Of a stretch of 56,311 nt of DNA, positions 20,671-30,338 are shown one piece after another. The position numbers and the translations under genes are program-made. Below the pieces are notes generated by a model that saw nothing but the letters and a program-made list of their open reading frames with translations, had not been told where the DNA came from and made no database searches. This stretch comes from Nanobdellota archaeon. GTDB taxonomy: Archaea; Nanobdellota; Nanobdellia; Woesearchaeales; GW2011-AR4. Every line of letters starts with the position of its first letter. The stretch's first letter is position 1. The DNA is taken from assembly GCA_038046185.1 (NCBI GenBank), contig JBBSWR010000219.1, forward strand, positions 1-56,311. Direction: 5' to 3'.

Positions 20671-21951
20671 ATGAATGAAAAGAATATTCTAAAAATTTTA
20701 GTTGTAAATCATACATTGCCTAATGTACGTGGATATACAACAGTATTATTTGAAAAAATAGTGCCTATTTTAAGAAAAAGAATTAATGTTGAATTAATTT
20801 GGGTAATTCACACAAATTTAGATATTTCAAGTTACAGTCCACAAGAAAACGAGACAATTATCAGAATGAATGATTTTAATGATGCTTATGAAATATTAGA
20901 AAAAATTAAGCCTGATTTAATATACATCATTCCTGGGATTAGTATTCCGGATTATGCTTTTTCTTTAGCAGCTAAGTATTTACATATTTTTAGAATTGGT
21001 GGGGAATTAGGCAATGGGTTATTTACAAAAAAAAATAAAATTGGAATTTTAGCTCAATTAAGTATAAAATCACATGAAGGAAAAAATAATTCAGAACGAT
21101 TTAAAATCTTTATTCAAAAACATTTTTTCTTAATTAAAACGCAAAGAAAAATTCATTGGAATGTATTGAAAATATTTGCAGATTTGTGTTCAATTGTTAT
21201 GATGTATTTTCCTCTTTTTGGTTCACGTCCTGATTTTTCACCAAAATTTGAATTAGATTTACATATTGTAGAGAGTGAATTAACAGAAAAAACATTAACA
21301 GATTTGAAATTCAAAAAATCTAAAATTTTCATAGCAGGTAATCCTAATTACGATACATCATTTCAAAATGCACAAAAATTAAAAAATATCAAAATAAATC
21401 CAAATGAAATCAAAATATTGATATTAACAATGACAGTTTTTGGTGGAAATAAAGAACAGACATTAAAGCAACGTGATTTTTTTATTAAAGAAGTTATCAA
21501 CCAAGTAAATAAATCTGGAAAGAGAATTCTCATAACCATAAAAATTCATCCAACAAATGAAAATTATTTTGAATATAAAAATTTGATAGAATCCACAGAT
21601 TCTACATTAGAGATACATCAAAAAGGAGATGTAGAAAAATATATTGAGAATTCAGATGTAATTATTACTCCAGCAACCAGTACGGCAATTATTTCAGCTT
21701 TGATATATCGTAAACCACTAATAATATGGAATATATTTGGAGTCGAAGAAGATGTGCTTCTAGAAAATAAACTTGTGATCGAATGTAAAGATGAACATGA
21801 TATAATTCCTGCTTTAGAAAAAGCAATTACATTTCAACCCTCAACAAAAAAATTAGAAGATTTTTTTACACAGTATTATTACAAAACAGATGGAAAAGCA
21901 TCAGAAAGAATAGCAAACAAAATAATGGAAATAATTGGACATAATAAGTAA
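20671..21951 (+). CDS. Orphan GT-B-fold protein (2-epimerase / TagF / sialyltransferase-like); candidate glycosyl- or nonulosonate-transferase
   Basis: KPDLIYIIPGISIPDYAFSLAAKY, IFIAGNPNYD, ITIKIHPTNE (HP motif) and SDVIITPATSTAIISALIYRKPLII resemble GT-B donor-binding signatures. I cannot recognise a specific family. Confidence 0.4.
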   Translation: MNEKNILKILVVNHTLPNVRGYTTVLFEKIVPILRKRINVELIWVIHTNLDISSYSPQENETIIRMNDFNDAYEILEKIKPDLIYIIPGISIPDYAFSLAAKYLHIFRIGGELGNGLFTKKNKIGILAQLSIKSHEGKNNSERFKIFIQKHFFLIKTQRKIHWNVLKIFADLCSIVMMYFPLFGSRPDFSPKFELDLHIVESELTEKTLTDLKFKKSKIFIAGNPNYDTSFQNAQKLKNIKINPNEIKILILTMTVFGGNKEQTLKQRDFFIKEVINQVNKSGKRILITIKIHPTNENYFEYKNLIESTDSTLEIHQKGDVEKYIENSDVIITPATSTAIISALIYRKPLIIWNIFGVEEDVLLENKLVIECKDEHDIIPALEKAITFQPSTKKLEDFFTQYYYKTDGKASERIANKIMEIIGHNK

Positions 21952-22022
21952 TATTTGATATTAGGTAAATAAACTCAAATTCATAGTAGCAGATATTTAG
22001 AGCATCTCTAAAAGAGTGTATT

Positions 22023-23171
22023 GTGGAAAAAACAGATTGGAAGATACCATTATACAAAATTTTTACGGATGAAGAAGATCTTAATTTAATTACAAAAATT
22101 ATTAAACGTGGGAATAATTGGGCATTAGGTCCAGAGATAGAAGAATTTGAAAGTGAAATCAAAAATTATCTAGGAATGGATTATTGCCTAACATTAAATT
22201 CTGGAACATCTGCATTACACGCATCTTACTTAGCCTACAACATAAAAGAAGACGACGAAGTAATTGTACCATCATTCACTTTTATTTCTACAGCAAATTC
22301 AGTATTATTTGTCAAAGCAAAACCAGTTTTTACAGATATTGAAGAAGAAACATTTGGTTTGGATCCAAATCAAGTTAAGAAACACATCAATACAAAAACA
22401 AAAGCAATTGTACCAGTACATTATGGAGGAAACCCATGTAAAATTCTAGATTTAATGAAGATTGCAGTAGAAAACAAATTAATTCTCATTGAAGATGCTG
22501 CAGAATCGTTAGGATCTTCAGTAAATAATCAAAAATTGGGAAGTGTTGGAAATGCAGCAATTTTTAGTTTTTGTGGAAATAAAGTGTTAACGACTGGAGA
22601 AGGCGGAGCGGTAGTAACTAATTCAAAAGAAATTTATGAAAAAATTAAATTCATAAGATCTCATGGAAGAATAGATAAAATAAATTATTTTAACAATCCT
22701 GATGAGCCAGAATACAACACAATTGGATATAATTGGAGAATGTCTACCATTACAGCATCATTAGGAATAACCCAGATTAAAAAACTTGATAAAATTATTA
22801 AGATGAGACAGGAGAATGCAGAGTATATTTCTTCTAGACTATCAAAAATTCAATACATTAAAACACCAAAACCACTATCTGGAAATACTCATATTTATCA
22901 AATGTACACTATCAGACTATCAGATAAAAAATACAGAGATGGATTACATGAATTTTTGACTAAGAAACAAATTTTTTCAAAAGTTTATTTTAATCCGATA
23001 CATTTAACGAATTTTTATAGAAATATGTTAAAAACTAAAGAAGGGATGCTGCCAATTACAGAGAAGATATCAAAGGAGGTTCTTACAATTCCATTATATC
23101 CTAATATGACGAATGAAGAAAAAAACTATTTAGTTGAATCTATTATAGAATTTTTTGAATTAGTCAAATAA
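22023..23171 (+). CDS. DegT/DnrJ/EryC1/StrS-family PLP-dependent sugar aminotransferase
   Basis: GTG start. LNSGTSALHASYLA, IEDAAESLGS, and FSFCGNKVLTTGEGGAV with the PLP lysine. Confidence 0.85.
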   Translation: MEKTDWKIPLYKIFTDEEDLNLITKIIKRGNNWALGPEIEEFESEIKNYLGMDYCLTLNSGTSALHASYLAYNIKEDDEVIVPSFTFISTANSVLFVKAKPVFTDIEEETFGLDPNQVKKHINTKTKAIVPVHYGGNPCKILDLMKIAVENKLILIEDAAESLGSSVNNQKLGSVGNAAIFSFCGNKVLTTGEGGAVVTNSKEIYEKIKFIRSHGRIDKINYFNNPDEPEYNTIGYNWRMSTITASLGITQIKKLDKIIKMRQENAEYISSRLSKIQYIKTPKPLSGNTHIYQMYTIRLSDKKYRDGLHEFLTKKQIFSKVYFNPIHLTNFYRNMLKTKEGMLPITEKISKEVLTIPLYPNMTNEEKNYLVESIIEFFELVK

Positions 23172-23183
23172 AATATTAAAAAT

Positions 23184-24044
23184 TTATTTAATAATCCACA
23201 TGTTATCTGTTTCAATAGCAGATTTCTTTTCAATATCACTTATTAAAATTTCAGTTAGTTTTTCTCCTTTACGGCTTCCTATAATTCTATGATTTTTTGA
23301 AACCTCATTTGCAAGATCTTTTATGTCAAATAAATTCATTTTTGGAACAAAAATTTCACCACCCTTTGAAAGAGAAACACATTGCAATATGAAATCTACC
23401 GCCTCATCGACATGAAAAAAGTATCTTTTCATTTTACTGTCGGTTATAGATAAAGGGATACTCGCCTGAGCTTGTTCTTTCCAGATCTCAAAAACATTAC
23501 CTCGAGTCTCAATGACGTTTCCAAATCTAATGGTAGAGAATTTTATAGAATCAATGTGTGTAGATGCCCAACTTACTAATCTTTCACCTATTTGTTTGGT
23601 ACTACCATACAATGTAGTAGGATCAACTGCTTTATCAGTACTAATGTTAAAGAATTTTACAGGTTTATTTTTCATTGTCATTTTTATCATATTTATGGTT
23701 CCGGTGATATTAGTTTCAATAGTTTCAAATGGATTGAATTCTGAAATTTCAATATTTTTTACTGCAGCTGTATGAAAAACAACATCTACGTTAGTTCCCG
23801 CTATTTCAATTCTACTTAGATCACAAATATTACCTAAAAGTAATCTGAGTCTGGAATCATTTATTGAATGACTCAACTGAAATAAAGCATGCTCATTAAT
23901 GTCTAAAACACGCACTGCACGTACAGGATATTCTAGTAGTTTTTTTGTAAGAACTGAACCAACGCTTCCAGCTCCTCCAGTGATAAGAATGGTTTTATTT
24001 CTTAATTCCTTGATTAGAGGGTCATTTTTTTTCATTACAGTCAA
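23184..24044 (-). CDS. CapD/PseB/LegB-like nucleotide-HexNAc 4,6-dehydratase (short form)
   Basis: ILITGGAGSVGSVLTKKLL; STDKAVDPTTLYGSTKQIGERL has the Tyr-Lys catalytic pair retained; 286 aa. Confidence 0.75.
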   Translation of the reverse strand: MTVMKKNDPLIKELRNKTILITGGAGSVGSVLTKKLLEYPVRAVRVLDINEHALFQLSHSINDSRLRLLLGNICDLSRIEIAGTNVDVVFHTAAVKNIEISEFNPFETIETNITGTINMIKMTMKNKPVKFFNISTDKAVDPTTLYGSTKQIGERLVSWASTHIDSIKFSTIRFGNVIETRGNVFEIWKEQAQASIPLSITDSKMKRYFFHVDEAVDFILQCVSLSKGGEIFVPKMNLFDIKDLANEVSKNHRIIGSRKGEKLTEILISDIEKKSAIETDNMWIIK

Positions 24045-24127
24045 TCTATGCCTCTATTTATTGTGCTTTTCTTAATTTAAACCAGTAATTTAAAACTAAT
24101 ATCATAGTATTATGACGATAAATTGTT

Positions 24128-25114
24128 TTGTTGATTTTAATTGTAGGTTATGGTTCAATCGGAAAACGCCATATTGAGAATCTATCCACATTACCAAATA
24201 TTGAAATTTTGGTATATACCAAAAGAAAATACGATAATTTTTTGAAAGAAAGAAAATGCAAAAAAATTGATTCATTAGATGAGTGTTTAAAAATTAAACC
24301 GGATGCTGCAATAATATGTAATCCAACAAATTTGCATATCAAAATCGCATTAAGATTAGCTAAAGCACATATTCATATTTTTATTGAAAAACCTTTATCA
24401 AATTCTTTCAGTGGTATAAATAATCTTCAAAAAATTGTTAAAACAAATAGATTAATTACACATGTAGGTTGTGTCATGCGTTTTCATCCTTGTTTAAAAG
24501 AAATTAAGGATATTTTAGATACAAAACAATTGGGAAGAATTATGTCAGTACAAGTAGAAAATGGTTCTTTCTTACCTGATTGGCATCAATATGAAAATTA
24601 TAAGAAGAGTTATGCTGCAAGAAAGGATTTAGGTGGAGGTGTGATACTTACTTGCATTCATGAAATAGATTATCTATATTGGTTTTTTGATAAAGTTAGT
24701 GAAGTAAATTCATTTTTAGGTAAAATGAGTGATTTAGATATAGAAGTAGAAGATTTAGCTTCTGTGTTACTAAAATTTAAGACAAATATAATAGCAGAGA
24801 TACATTTGGATTATTTTCAAAAGCCATCAGAAAGAGGAGGTAAAATTATTGGAACAAAAGGTAAATTGGTTTGGGATTTTGAGACAAATTCAGTTAAAAT
24901 TTACGATAACAGTAAAAACAGATGGAGTGAAAGATTGAAACTAAGTAAGTTTGACAAGAATAAAATGTATTTAGATGAAATAACATATTTTTTAAACCGT
25001 ATAAAAAATAAAAGAGAAAGTTTCAACAATATTAGTAAAAGTTCAAAAGTATTAGAAATTGCCATTGCAATTAAAAAATCAGACAGATGTAAAAAGGTGG
25101 TAAAAATATCATGA
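24128..25114 (+). CDS. Gfo/Idh/MocA-family oxidoreductase
   Basis: TTG start. LILIVGYGSIGKRH Rossmann motif, FIEKPLS (EKP motif), GGGVILTCIHEIDYLYWFF C-terminal domain motif. Confidence 0.8.
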   Translation: MLILIVGYGSIGKRHIENLSTLPNIEILVYTKRKYDNFLKERKCKKIDSLDECLKIKPDAAIICNPTNLHIKIALRLAKAHIHIFIEKPLSNSFSGINNLQKIVKTNRLITHVGCVMRFHPCLKEIKDILDTKQLGRIMSVQVENGSFLPDWHQYENYKKSYAARKDLGGGVILTCIHEIDYLYWFFDKVSEVNSFLGKMSDLDIEVEDLASVLLKFKTNIIAEIHLDYFQKPSERGGKIIGTKGKLVWDFETNSVKIYDNSKNRWSERLKLSKFDKNKMYLDEITYFLNRIKNKRESFNNISKSSKVLEIAIAIKKSDRCKKVVKIS

Positions 25115-25932
25115 AAGAAAATAAATCCATTTTTGAAATTTTTAGTTTAAAAGGAAAGACAATAATTCTTACAGGTTCTGCTGGAAGGGTTGGAAGTAGA
25201 TTTGCTAATGTATTAAGTCAAGCAGGAGCAAATTTAGTATTAGTTGACCAAGATAAGATAAAGAACGAAGAATTAGCTAATGAAATAGTTAAAAAATACA
25301 AAACAAAGTGTAATGCATATCATGCAGATTTTTCAAATCAATTGGATGTTTCAAATCTAGTCAAATATACTATAAAGAAATATGGAAAGATAGATGTTTT
25401 AATAAATAATGCTCATTTTATTCCTAGAGAAGATCCTAATTTGTCTTCTACTTTTGAGGAATATTCATTAGAACTTTGGAATAAAACTGTCGATATAAAT
25501 TTACGAGGATTGTTTCTATGTTGTCAAAAGGTAGGAAAGATAATGATTAAACAAAAAAGTGGAGTTATCATTAATGTCTCTTCCATTTATGGAATGGTAG
25601 GAGCAGATCAAAGAATTTACGGTAAAAGTAAATTGAATTCTCCATCATTTTATGCTGCAACAAAGGGTGCAATGGTAAACCTTACCCGTTATTTAGCAGC
25701 ATATTGGCAAGGAAAAAATATTCGCGTTAATACAATAACACTGGGTGGAATTTTTGATAAAAAATTACATACTGACAAAACTTTTGTAAAAAAATATTCT
25801 GAACGAACTATTCTTGGAAGAATGGCAACAAGAGAGGATTTTGATGGAGCAATTTTATTTTTAACATCTGATGCATCATCCTATATGACAGGTGCAAATT
25901 TAGTAGTAGATGGTGGTTGGACAACATGGTAA
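25111..25932 (+). CDS. Classical short-chain dehydrogenase/reductase (SDR)
   Basis: TGSAGRVGSRFA, NNAH, YAATKGAM (YxxxK) and a C-terminal GANLVVDGGWT motif. AGGTGG Shine-Dalgarno-like element about 12 nt upstream; 4-nt overlap with the previous gene. Confidence 0.85.
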   Translation: MKENKSIFEIFSLKGKTIILTGSAGRVGSRFANVLSQAGANLVLVDQDKIKNEELANEIVKKYKTKCNAYHADFSNQLDVSNLVKYTIKKYGKIDVLINNAHFIPREDPNLSSTFEEYSLELWNKTVDINLRGLFLCCQKVGKIMIKQKSGVIINVSSIYGMVGADQRIYGKSKLNSPSFYAATKGAMVNLTRYLAAYWQGKNIRVNTITLGGIFDKKLHTDKTFVKKYSERTILGRMATREDFDGAILFLTSDASSYMTGANLVVDGGWTTW

Positions 25933-25951
25933 TTAATTTGTGTAATATCGG

Positions 25952-26668
25952 TTAGATTTTGATTTTTTTAGTTGCAATCATGTTAGCTATCTGAAATTCA
26001 AATTCGGTGTCAATCATAACCCCACGTTCAGGTGGAATTTCAAATGGCAGTGCTTTAGGCATATAAAATACCCTATATTTCATAAATTGTTTGACATTTA
26101 AAACAAAAAGACCATTTAATTGATAAACAATTGGAGCATCCTGTCGATTTTGAGGTTTTTTGTTCAGATGCTTACTGAATCTCAGGAATCCAAGTTTGTT
26201 AATTTCCATCATGTTAAAGTATGGATTATGATGTTGTCGATAAACAGCACAAACAAGATCACAGTGTGTTTTTTGAAATAAAGATAGTGCTCCAAGAATG
26301 TCAGATTTATTGATGAAAGGCACAGTACAATCTCTATTTACAAGTGAATCAAAATTATATCCCATCTTTGTTAGTTTCACAATAGCATGTTCTATTACAT
26401 CGGTCATACTTGATGCATCAGTGGCAAAATTACTGGGACGTTTAAACGGAATTTCTGCACCAAATTCTTTAGCAATTTTTGCTATTGTGTCATCTTCTGT
26501 AGAGACCACCACATGTTCAAAAATGTGTGAATCAATTGCTGTTTCGATACAATGAGCTATCAAAGGTTTTTTTCCTAGCATACGAATATTTTTGTTTGGA
26601 ACTCCTTTTGATCCTCCTCTTGCGGCTATCAAGCATATTGATTTGTTAAGATAATTGTTCATGGTCAA
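25952..26668 (-). CDS. CMP-nonulosonic acid synthetase (acylneuraminate cytidylyltransferase, NeuA/LegF/PseF family)
   Basis: CLIAARGGSKGVPNKNIRMLGKKPLIAH matches the family N-terminal signature; 238 aa. Confidence 0.85.
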   Translation of the reverse strand: MTMNNYLNKSICLIAARGGSKGVPNKNIRMLGKKPLIAHCIETAIDSHIFEHVVVSTEDDTIAKIAKEFGAEIPFKRPSNFATDASSMTDVIEHAIVKLTKMGYNFDSLVNRDCTVPFINKSDILGALSLFQKTHCDLVCAVYRQHHNPYFNMMEINKLGFLRFSKHLNKKPQNRQDAPIVYQLNGLFVLNVKQFMKYRVFYMPKALPFEIPPERGVMIDTEFEFQIANMIATKKIKI

Positions 26669-27362
26669 CTCTTTTTCTAGTAGAGGATAATTTTGCTGCT
26701 TTCATAATATCTTTTAGATCATCATAATCAAAACTGACATTATTATCCACAAAATCCTTATTTTTATCAGAAGTAATATGAATTTCAAGAACTTCTATTC
26801 CTTCTTTAATTGCAGAAATTGGGCCTTCGACTTCATTACAGTGATTTGAAAATCCATCAAAATATTTTAGTTTAGTAAAATCAATTTCATTCAATTTGCA
26901 CGGATATTTAGGTACACAGTATAACCATTTGATATTAGGATCATTGTAAAACTTACAAGATGTGGGAATAGTTTCAGAGCTAATGTAGATAGGTTTATTT
27001 TTTTTATAAATTAAATTGAATAGATCAGAAGAAAAGTTATTTACAATTGATCGACCGTCAAATTCTCGAATTTTATATCTATGTACATAAGGTTCTAGCA
27101 TATCAATTGCTTCAACATACATTGGAGTAGAAAACCATTCAATTCCTATTTCTTGAGAGATTTGATGAATTTTATCCACATTTTGTTTATTTATAGAAGA
27201 ACGAATTAATCTATTAGATTCGGGGTGACTCTTTATCATATCAAGTGTAAATGATTGGAATTTTACTGCATTTAAGCCAAGCATTTTTGATTGATGCATC
27301 ATTTCTCGAGCTATTTCAAAATCTCCATCCCAGTTTACACCTATCTCTCCAATGACAAACAT
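26646..27362 (-). CDS. Short, divergent NeuB-family nonulosonic acid synthase-like protein (TIM-barrel part only, no SAF domain)
   Basis: The ORF track gives 26646..27446, but homology starts at MFVIGEIGVNWDGDFEIAREMM...AVKFQSF (ATG 27360-27362; alternative ATG 27384-27386). WFSTPMY, KPIYISS, GFSNHC and EIHIT are colinear with the NeuB FLSTPFD, KPxILSTG, SDH and EKHFT blocks. Confidence 0.65.
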   Translation of the reverse strand: MFVIGEIGVNWDGDFEIAREMMHQSKMLGLNAVKFQSFTLDMIKSHPESNRLIRSSINKQNVDKIHQISQEIGIEWFSTPMYVEAIDMLEPYVHRYKIREFDGRSIVNNFSSDLFNLIYKKNKPIYISSETIPTSCKFYNDPNIKWLYCVPKYPCKLNEIDFTKLKYFDGFSNHCNEVEGPISAIKEGIEVLEIHITSDKNKDFVDNNVSFDYDDLKDIMKAAKLSSTRKRVDHEQLS

Positions 27363-27417
27363 GAAATGAATTTGTAAAGTTATCATATTAAATATTTGTA
27401 ATAAACAAGATAAACAA

Positions 27418-28470
27418 ATGATTAGTTCTGTAAAACAATCAAACATGAAAAATTTAAAAAATTTTTATGATAAAGCATATGGAAAATATCATGTTTTAAA
27501 AAACAACTCTCATTTTCAATGGCAATTTAAGAAAAATCCATTTCTTAAGAATGAGGAAATTTCAATCATTGTAGATGAGCGAAATAATAAAATTATATCT
27601 CATTTAGGATGCATACCATTCAAATTAAAAATTTTTAATTCAATTAAGAAAGGGATATGGCATATATCATTTTTTACATTAGATGAATATCGTGGAAAAG
27701 GTTTAGGATTACAACTTGTAAAATTTAGTAACAGACAATTTGATTTTGCAATGGTACTCAGTGGATCTGAAGGTACTGAAAGCATATATCATAAAATAGG
27801 TGGTTTTACTCTAGGAAATTTAAAAAGACATGTTTGCATTACCCAAAAAAGCAAAATAGAAAATTTTCTTGGGATTAAAATTCCAACTGTACAAAATGTG
27901 TCAAAATATCATACAAAATGCAATATGAAAAGAATCAGAGACATAGATAGGGATTACGATAAATTTTGGAATGCAGTAAAAGAAAGATATCCTATAACTA
28001 CAGAAAGAGATAGAAGATACATAAATTGGAGATATCTAAAGCATCCTTTAATTGATTACCATTTTCTTAATTTAGAGTACAATGATACAACGGTTGGATT
28101 TGCAGTGATCAGATTTGAATTAAAAAATAAAGAGATCAAAGCTGCAAGAATTGTAGATATGATAGTAAAAAAAGATTTTGAGGAAGAATTAATATTTTCT
28201 GTAAAAAAATATTGTATGAAAAAAGCACATTTCATAGATTTTTTTTGTACAGGAAACTTTTATTCTAAAGCATTAAAGAAGTTTGGATTTTTTAATAATA
28301 AACTGAGCATAAAAATACCATCTGTTTTTAATCCAATTGATAAAAGCAGAAGACCTCACATTAATTTCCTCTATTCAGATTTAAAAAAATCAATTAATCA
28401 TAAAATTTTAGAAAATGATAGTAATTGGTATTTTGTAAAAGCAGATTCTGATCAGGATAGAGCTTACTGA
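27418..28470 (+). CDS. GNAT-superfamily acyltransferase, two-domain (about 350 aa)
   Basis: DEYRGKGLGLQLVKFS matches the acyl-CoA binding motif A (R/QxxGxG/A). The length suggests a duplicated GNAT/FemAB-like architecture. Start at 27418 or ATG 27445. Confidence 0.55.
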   Translation: MISSVKQSNMKNLKNFYDKAYGKYHVLKNNSHFQWQFKKNPFLKNEEISIIVDERNNKIISHLGCIPFKLKIFNSIKKGIWHISFFTLDEYRGKGLGLQLVKFSNRQFDFAMVLSGSEGTESIYHKIGGFTLGNLKRHVCITQKSKIENFLGIKIPTVQNVSKYHTKCNMKRIRDIDRDYDKFWNAVKERYPITTERDRRYINWRYLKHPLIDYHFLNLEYNDTTVGFAVIRFELKNKEIKAARIVDMIVKKDFEEELIFSVKKYCMKKAHFIDFFCTGNFYSKALKKFGFFNNKLSIKIPSVFNPIDKSRRPHINFLYSDLKKSINHKILENDSNWYFVKADSDQDRAY

Positions 28471-28508
28471 CAACAAACTTTTAGTGAGCAGTAATTAATG
28501 AAATAGTA

Positions 28509-29438
28509 TTGAATAAAGCAAAAATCATAATGTATCATTATGTACGTCCAATTAAGGAAAGTGAGTTTTCTCAAATAAAGGGATTGGAAGTCGTAGGATT
28601 TCAAAGGCAGATCACATTCTTTGAAAATAATTTTGAAATTGCAGGAGTAGATTTTTTATTAAATTCAATGAATTTACAAAAAAATGAAAATAAAGAACGC
28701 GTGATTCTTACATTTGATGACGGGTTAAAAGATCATTACAATCATGTATTTCCAATTTTAAAAGATAAAGGCATACAAGGTTTATTTTTTCCGCCCGCAA
28801 AACCAATCATAGAAAATATTGTTCTAGATGTACACAAAATTCATTTTATTTTAGCAACAGTCAAAGATAAATCAGTATTAGTAAAAGATGTGTTTGATAA
28901 AATTAAAGAGCATCAATCAGAATATGAAGTAGATGAGCCTCAGAATTTATGGAAAAAATTAGCAATTCCAAATAGATTTGATTCTGCTGAGATCATTTTT
29001 GTAAAACGTATACTGCAAAGAGAATTACCACAGGATATGAGGAAAACTATTGCAAAAGAATTATTTGAAAAATATGTTTCAAATGATGAAAGGGATTTTT
29101 CTAAACAATTGTACTTGTCATTTGATGAAATAGATGAAATGAGAGAGCATGGAATGTATTTTAGTTCTCATGGGTATTCACATGAATGGTTATCATATTT
29201 ATCCTATAAAATGCTAGAAAATGAGATAAAAAATAGCATCATTTTTTGTAAAAGAATTAATCCAGATAATGAACAAATTATGTGTTATCCATATGGGAAT
29301 TTTGATTTAAGAGTAATTGAAAAAATTAAAGAATTTAATTTTCAAGCTGGACTTACAACAGAAGTTGGGGACGCTGAATTAGATGAGAGTAATCGATTCA
29401 AACTAAAAAGATATGATACAAATGATTTTCCTCAATAA
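28509..29438 (+). CDS. Polysaccharide deacetylase (CE4 / NodB homology domain)
   Basis: ILTFDDGLKDHY (TFDDG motif 1), SSHGYSHEW (HxxxH motif 2), and IMYHYVRP N-terminus. Confidence 0.75.
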   Translation: MNKAKIIMYHYVRPIKESEFSQIKGLEVVGFQRQITFFENNFEIAGVDFLLNSMNLQKNENKERVILTFDDGLKDHYNHVFPILKDKGIQGLFFPPAKPIIENIVLDVHKIHFILATVKDKSVLVKDVFDKIKEHQSEYEVDEPQNLWKKLAIPNRFDSAEIIFVKRILQRELPQDMRKTIAKELFEKYVSNDERDFSKQLYLSFDEIDEMREHGMYFSSHGYSHEWLSYLSYKMLENEIKNSIIFCKRINPDNEQIMCYPYGNFDLRVIEKIKEFNFQAGLTTEVGDAELDESNRFKLKRYDTNDFPQ

Positions 29439-29448
29439 ATATAATTAG

Positions 29449-30303
29449 ATGCTGTGGTTGGAACAGATCATGATACTAAATAATGAACAAATTGAGTTTT
29501 ATAAAAATAATGGGTATTTAATTTTGGATAATTTTTTCTCTACAACTGAATTAGCAGAGTTTAGAAATGCACTCACTCATATTGTTAAAGTGAATTTGGA
29601 AAAAGCTGCAAAAATACATCAAGAATTAACACCAGCAGATTTTATTGGAAAAGAATTAGACGAAGGAATAATCAGATTAGAAGAAATTGATCATCAACAT
29701 GTTGCAAATGTGTACGATACGATTTTTCAAACACCACAATTTCTAAGAATTACTGCAAAAAAGGAAATTGGGCAATGCATTAACCAGTTACTTTCAAGAG
29801 AAATAGATAGTCCTACATACATTGATCAGAGCCGATGTAGAATTGATCCTCCTCTAGATCCAAATGAAAGAACATGCGGTTGGCATCAAGAAGTTTTTTA
29901 TTATGTTCCAAAAAGTAATTTTTTACAAACATGGGCGCCATTAATTCATAATGCAACAAAAGAAAATGGTACAGTTGAAGTATGTCCAGGCAGTCATAAT
30001 GAAGGAATTGCAAAACAATCAAACATAGAAGAAGATGTATTATACAAATTCATAGTCGATGATGCAGTAATTAGAAAATACAAACCCATATCAGTAGAAA
30101 TGAAATTGGGCCAATTATTAATATTCGATTTTAAATTAATTCATAAATCAGGAAAGAATACTTCTAAACAAGTGAGATATTCTCTGGTGGGCATAAATCA
30201 TAATCTTGATAACGAGTATTTCATACCACCAAGATTAATAGTCGAGAAAAAAGAAGAGAAAATGAAGGAATATTACTCGAAAGTATTTAAAAAAGAAAAA
30301 TAA
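29449..30303 (+). CDS. Phytanoyl-CoA dioxygenase (PhyH)-family Fe(II)/2-oxoglutarate oxygenase
   Basis: EQIEFYKNNGYLILDNFF N-terminus, GWHQE (HxD/E facial triad) and IHKSGKNTSKQVRYSL (distal His plus Arg). The true start is probably ATG 29470 (MILNNEQ). Confidence 0.7.
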   Translation: MLWLEQIMILNNEQIEFYKNNGYLILDNFFSTTELAEFRNALTHIVKVNLEKAAKIHQELTPADFIGKELDEGIIRLEEIDHQHVANVYDTIFQTPQFLRITAKKEIGQCINQLLSREIDSPTYIDQSRCRIDPPLDPNERTCGWHQEVFYYVPKSNFLQTWAPLIHNATKENGTVEVCPGSHNEGIAKQSNIEEDVLYKFIVDDAVIRKYKPISVEMKLGQLLIFDFKLIHKSGKNTSKQVRYSLVGINHNLDNEYFIPPRLIVEKKEEKMKEYYSKVFKKEK

Positions 30304-30338
30304 GAAACATGAATCAAAATAACACAAATAATTAAAAT

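Noticed and set aside
21866-22162. A 98-aa minus-strand ORF bridging the 20671..21951 / 22023..23171 junction.
   Set aside because: It overlaps the ends of both well-supported plus-strand genes. It has no motif and a low-complexity, Ser/Ile/Phe/Leu-rich composition. The 71-bp gap is better explained as a short spacer.
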